Source: Hydrolagus affinis (lineage: Eukaryota). Taken from it: a stretch of 64,000 nt of DNA. Location of the stretch: the NCBI GenBank assembly GCA_012026655.1, contig JAAILG010000281.1, positions 1 to 64,000 of the forward strand, written 5' to 3'. Both the position numbers and the translations under genes were made by a program. Each line of letters starts with the position of its first letter. Positions within the stretch are counted from its first letter, which is position 1. This document shows positions 58,336 through 64,000 of this stretch, in pieces. The notes beneath the pieces are model-generated. The model saw only the letters and a program-made list of their open reading frames with translations. It ran no database searches and was not told the origin of the DNA.

Positions 58336-60944
58336 CTGGAACAAAATCTAGGAAATGGCAAGGAAACAGCTCAATGTTCTCCAAATGTGTCACCTGCAAA
58401 TGGCTAGCTGCACTAAATCAAAACACCAACAAAGCTTAAAGCAGTTTAGTAGCATTCTGTCACACTATGTGTTTTGCTGGTGCACATTTTTTCTTCATGG
58501 TTCAATAAGCATATACATTAAAATGGCAGTAATATATTTCACAAAATGTATGCTCCAAAAATTGTTATTCGGAGAACAGAATGCAGTATCACTTGAATGC
58601 CACACAAGTATTAATACAATTTAGTTTTAGTCAAAGTGGCATTTTATGTGCAATGTTTACTTGCTGAAAATTATATACAGTAATTTAGCTCCATCTCAAA
58701 TTTGATTCTTTTGATGTTGCTTTGTCAAAGGAATAGTGGGACATATACTGTTAACTATCTGGATGTTTAACTTTTCAGTTGTGGCAAAATGAAAACCATA
58801 CCAACAACCTATTTTGCTAATTCAAAGAATACAAATAACAAATGTAACTTCCTTTTTTTAGGTATACAAAGCTACAGAATTTATTTTTACACACATTGAC
58901 TGCAGCTCACACTTTTAGTATTCGGTAGTCTATTACTTTTGGTGCACTGTATCTGCTGTAGCAACTACTGGAACTTTTTGAGTTCAGTTCAGATGAATCA
59001 TTCAAGCGAATGCTGGCCAGAGGTGACATGCCAAACCAATTTGTGGAGGCCCAGAGTGTATCTACACAAGCACAGCACCTCCTGGCTGCCAAACAAGCAA
59101 TATTGCTGACATTATCGATGGAAATGAGCAAAAATATTCTGTCCTTTTATTTGGGAAAGCACTTTGTAGAATGTATGAGTGACTGGAAGTTATGGGTGGA
59201 GGGGGTGGGAAAGGGGAAATATGTTGTGTAAGGAAGTGTTCAAAATCTGAATAAGCTGCACAAAATATTTATAATTGTTGCTTAGGTAGCTTTTGCCTCT
59301 TTTTGTTCAATTGCAACTTTCCCAACTCATTATTTCCCAACTTATTGTTGTTGTTAATTTAGTTTCCAGTGGGTATATATCTTCCCAGGTTTAACCTTTT
59401 CAAATCTACAGCATTCCGGAAATAGTATAAGCAAAATATTCAGTGTTGTGAATTCCATTCCACTCTCCTTAATAATAGATAAACATAAAAAACATTTATT
59501 TCTTGCAAAATGCAAAGGTACTAAGCGGTTTAATGTATACATGAGAGCCTGATATCATTAGGAATTTTACATTCATGAATGGAAATGTTATTCCCCTTCA
59601 TACAGCTCAATGAAATTATACTTGAGATGCCAGACACTAATGTACACCTGACTGACAGAAAATGTGGCTTTTCCCCCCAGTGTAAAATATTGTAATGTAT
59701 CATAGATGATAACCAATCAGCAAACATTTTGTAATGTTATTATTACCCAACACATACTGCCATTCACTCTGTGTATTAAATAAAGCGGTCAATATTGGCT
59801 GGAATTACAATAATAATGCTAATCCAATAATAACTAGGGTTAACCCTTTGAGACATTCTTGCCTTTATCCCACTGTGAAACCTATTCAGAACTGACTTAC
59901 AACAACTCTCTAAAGATAAGTAATGGGAGGTGGATGTAGAGACATTATATAGAACTGAAGAATATTTCTCAATGTACTGTGTATTTGAATTAAAGTAACA
60001 AATTGTCATCTTACAATGTGTTTGCCCTTGATGCAGAAATGCTAATGGTGTCTCTCAAGGTTGAAAGCAGGACCTTTATATTCTACATATACTGTAAGTG
60101 TGTACAAATGCACATCTGTAATAAAGTACGACAGTTTTTATTCATGGCATGTAAAATATGACAGGGACCTTGTAGGCATATTGAACAGCTGGCAGTTAAT
60201 TTCTCCTTTCAGACCCTATGTTGAAATACAGGTTGACATATTTCCATGGGTAGCTGAAATAATGTGTGGCATTTACAAGACAGAGGCTCTGTCATGAAAT
60301 AAGAAAATGTACAGATTAAGTGAGACTTTTCTGCCACCAAAAGAGATGTGCTATCCTTTGTATTCCAATTACCTGATGGAACAATAATTGATTAATATAA
60401 TAATGTCTCCAATCATCAGCAAACTTTAAACCTTTTGGCCGCTGAATGTTCTGATACTATGTATACATGTATACACACACACACATAGACATACCAGGTT
60501 TCACCATGGTAATATCTACAAAACATAATTAAGTATCCTAATGAAGTACAGTAAACTCCACATAACTTGCCATTTCAAGGTAAAGGGATTCAGTGATTAA
60601 TTATGCAATGTGACTAGTTATCAGTCTGCATCAATAACTGTGCTTATTCCATATCTATATGCAATGCAGAGTCACCAGCCTGTAATTGATGATAAATTAA
60701 CATTTTTAACTGTGTTGGATAATTTGATGAGCCAACTCAGTCCAGGCTCATTCCCTTACAGAGTCATTGGTCCCAGCCTTATGCTCCCAGGCTGCATTTA
60801 CTTTTCAACACTTTGAGACAGGCAATGTTCATTTTTCTTCTTTGTAAGATTAAATCCTCCATTCTCTAGTATGCTCCATCTAGCAGCCTCACTGAGAACT
60901 GACACAAAACTAATCCAACTACTGGAAGCGGGCTTGAGTGGCAG

Positions 60945-61012
60945 CCAGTCATGGGACATGAACTTACAACCTTATGGTTAGGAGTCAAGCACTCAGTGAC
61001 GTAAGCTACCAG
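60945..61012 (-). mobile_element. Decayed tRNA-like SINE head
   Basis: Minus strand GGTAGCT..GAGTGCTTGACTCCTAACCATAAGGTTGTAAGTTCATGTCCC with degenerate A and B boxes. Confidence 0.4.
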
Positions 61013-61113
61013 GTCACCCCAAGGTAATTTATATTTTTATAGATTTCAGTGTAGGTTGACGGTTGACAAACCTCTTAGAAAGATACAATAATGTAATTTG
61101 AAATCCCCCTCCA

Positions 61114-61159
61114 TGTGTATATATATCTATATATGTGTATATATATATATATATATATA
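61114..61159. repeat. (TA)n microsatellite, interrupted
   Basis: Seen directly. Confidence 0.9.
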
Positions 61160-62374
61160 CAAGACATACTTGGCTTCTTTCCTGCATCTTTTGTCATTTT
61201 GTCCCCACTCAGATTTTTGCGGTCTTTAAGGATCAAAAGGATTTTCGGATTCTCAGTTAAGGATTAGCAGAGTGCACCATAAATTGGAGAGGGGGGGGAA
61301 AGAAGATATTTGCCTTCTTTCCCAATCCAACATTGGATTCAGAAATCATTCAAAAGCTGCAATTTTTTTTAAAATGAGAGGACCTTGACGCCTCCCTGTG
61401 GAGAACATGCACTATTTGGACTGAAGGCATAAAAGTGGAAAAATTAATGGTAAGCTGTTCATCTGTCACTGCTGCCAGGCTGATGGTTCCACAGTGCAGA
61501 AAAGGGAGGAGATGACATGCCCTCCAGTCAAGGGCATGACTGCCCGCTGTTCTGATGATATAAGCACAAGGCTTTGGATTCTTGGTGAATAGACATCAAC
61601 TGGATGAAGCATAGAGAACTGATGTTCATGTAAATCCTCCGTCTCAGTCTTTTTCACTGAATTGCACACCATATTGTACTCTATGAAAAACTCAATTTAG
61701 ATTGGATGCGAACATGTGTTTTCTAATCGTGCTGAAATATATTTTTGGAACTTTTTCATAATTAGTCTTTTTTAATCTACACTGGCAATGTAGATTAATC
61801 ACATCTGTCAGATTCTGTTTGAATAATATTTTCCTGTTAATAAGAGTGCAGTAACATCATTTTAACTGCACAGTAATATCAATATAGTCCTTTAAATACA
61901 ACGTGAAACCAATATTTGCCGAGTCATTTGAATCAATGTCTTATAAACCTCAGGAAAGTAAGGTATCTTACAATACTAAGGGCTTCAGCCTCTGTCCTGC
62001 ACACAACTCCCACAGAATCCAACAGCTGCTTAAACCGTGTCAGTAAATCAACCTTCTCTTCTTGTATTTATTTTGATTGGATTTTTTGATTGAAAGAGCA
62101 CATGGCGTTGTATGTGAGATATTCCAAGGAATGTGGAGAGTTTATTAAGAATTGCCAGTTCTTTCTTCACGTTTTCTATTTCAAGGCCTCTGGCATTTAA
62201 TCAGAACAAAACGGGAGCCCACTGACGTTACCTAAGAAGATGTGAATTATCAGATTTTACGGTTGAGTAAGACATTCTTCCATTTGGGAACTTAAATCAT
62301 TTGAGTATTAGATTATTTTGTCTGTTCAGTATATTTCACACATGTGAACAGTATTCTCAGCATTTTCAACATAT

Positions 62375-62664
62375 TAATAATAATCCTTGCATTTGATATA
62401 GTGCTTTTCAAGACTTCTAGATGTCTCAAAGCACTTCACAGAATATAGAGTGAATTGACTGTATATTTTGTGGAGGAAATGCGGCAGCCAGTTGTGTACT
62501 GCAATGTCCCACAAACAGTCATGGATTGAGATGACCAATTTGTTTTTTTTAAAAATTGAGGGATTATTATCATGAAAATTGCCTAAGGTTTCACCTTGCC
62601 TGGAATTGAACCCAGGACTCTTGCTGTCAAGGCAAGTGCTCTAACAAATGAGCTATAGGACTCC
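62375..62664 (-). mobile_element. Young tRNA-derived DeuSINE, near full length
   Basis: Minus strand GGAGTCCTATAGCTCATTTGTTAGAGCACTTGCC..CTGGGTTCAATTCCAGG, core and (ATT)n tail. Confidence 0.92.
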
Positions 62665-62798
62665 ATATGGCTTCCATTTCACATCAACACCAACTTCTCA
62701 ATTTGGTTCCTAGATTTCTTACCACCACTAGTATTTGGCCATCACTTAACTTTAGTTTCATTATTATCAAAATAATTTAAGAACAGCACTGTCGCATT

Positions 62799-62856
62799 AC
62801 AACAACAACAACAACTTCGATTTATATAGTGCCCTCCACGATGGGCAGCGTCTACA
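62799..62856 (-). mobile_element. L2 3' tail (subfamily B)
   Basis: (AAC)nTTCGATTTATATAGTGCCCTCCACG. Confidence 0.75.
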
Positions 62857-64000
62857 ATTGAATTTATAAGAAAGACTTGGTATTTGATTCAACATAATGC
62901 CACTAATGTGATGGAGAGGGTATACAGATCTAAACATTAACACAGGGTGACTGTTATTTGCTATTATAAAGCAGATAATATTTTAGACTTTTGTGGTACA
63001 GAGAATATTGCTCTGGAGTGCTGTTCTGTAATTCCCTCTTTACTGGACACTCATACATAGATATTTTAATAATACCAGAAATGCTATTGACCTTAAACAA
63101 AATTACATCAGTGATTAGATTAGTGACTGGGCTCTACAGTCAATGTCCCCATGATATACCTGAAAATAATACAGTACTTATCTGGAATAAATATTTACAT
63201 TCTTATATCACCATGTAATGCAATATTATAATCCGAGAGCCATTATACAACGGTACAATTACAGAGACAGCATCAGGGTCCAAAGCTAGATTGTGAGGGT
63301 AGGGTTTACTTCTGTCTTAAAACTTGTCAAAGCCAATAACTGATGCTAAGCAAACACTGCACAGTTTTGGACAGGTTTTCTGAGGATAATTGGTCAATAC
63401 AAACAATACATAGAAGATTAATTTCTTGCAAGAAATTGTTATCTTGTGAGACAATAACTTTTATCATTGCATGGAAAGGGTGAGGCTCTTAGTTATTTGT
63501 ATAATTCTGTCACGTTATTCTTTTGATGGGAATGTATATAGTGTTTTCCAGTGAATGATTTCTATTTGCATCTTATTGTCAGCCTTTTTATAGTTTCTCA
63601 TGTCTGTGCTTCCATTTGCATGCAGATCCTCACATCTCAACACAGGGCAAACTCAAAGAAACAGCTGGCAGCATTTGCATGAAAATGAAGCACCCTTTTT
63701 CTATTTGTTTGTTCATTATAGAAAAGACGATAATCTGCCTAAAATTTGCAAAACAAACAAAGATCACAGTTTTTTTTTTGCAAAATGCATCCAATTGCAT
63801 CAAAAAAAATATTTTGCCAATGATTAGAAAAGGAAGGAAAAATGCTCATGGGGAAATAAATGTATTGCAATGTATGTTTTTGAGATTTCTTCACTACCTG
63901 ATAAGATTAGTATTTAAATATCCTTAACCCAAATGTACAAACAGAAAAGGCTAGAAATTTGATTTACTACACAAAGAGCACATATTTTTTCATAAATTGT

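Noticed and set aside
61516-61538. CATGCCCT/AGGGCATG 8-bp hairpin and nearby GTAAGC donor at 61450
   Set aside because: A short stem is expected by chance, and the upstream acceptor is weak with no recognisable peptide.
1-64000. CRISPR array, operon, prophage or other prokaryotic system
   Set aside because: No regularly spaced repeats and no long ORFs. The repeated ~60-nt motifs are dispersed retroposon tails in a vertebrate genome.
1-64000. Known miRNA or snoRNA genes
   Set aside because: A visual scan found no mature sequence of the common conserved miRNAs and no convincing C/D box pair with a terminal stem. An Rfam scan is needed to exclude them.

Overview
AT-rich, CpG-poor, gene-poor vertebrate genomic DNA that is intronic or intergenic, not prokaryotic. 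The repeat content suggests a cartilaginous fish, possibly a holocephalan such as Callorhinchus milii. This is inferred from remembered repeat families: tRNA-derived DeuSINEs with L2-type tails, L2 LINEs ending in (TTG)n, and shark-type CR1 3' ends. I recognise no intact protein-coding gene, rRNA, real tRNA gene or CRISPR array, and the ORF track is almost all spurious or transposon-derived. Supported features are: about 20 copies or fragments of two generations of DeuSINE; many 5'-truncated L2 tails of two subfamilies; CR1 3' ends; three non-autonomous hAT elements, two of them with 8-bp target-site duplications (TSDs); and heavily decayed RT fossils, including a Penelope-like one. Several repeat-free blocks look like conserved enhancers. 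The best leads are a candidate 5-nt microexon at 24101-24105, a cryptic ~307-bp tandem duplication that looks like a fossil coding repeat (7090-7770), and a hAT-Charlie MITE (8864-9063) that may have been horizontally transferred. I found no clear new multi-gene system. All family assignments were made by eye and need Dfam/Repbase/BLAST confirmation.
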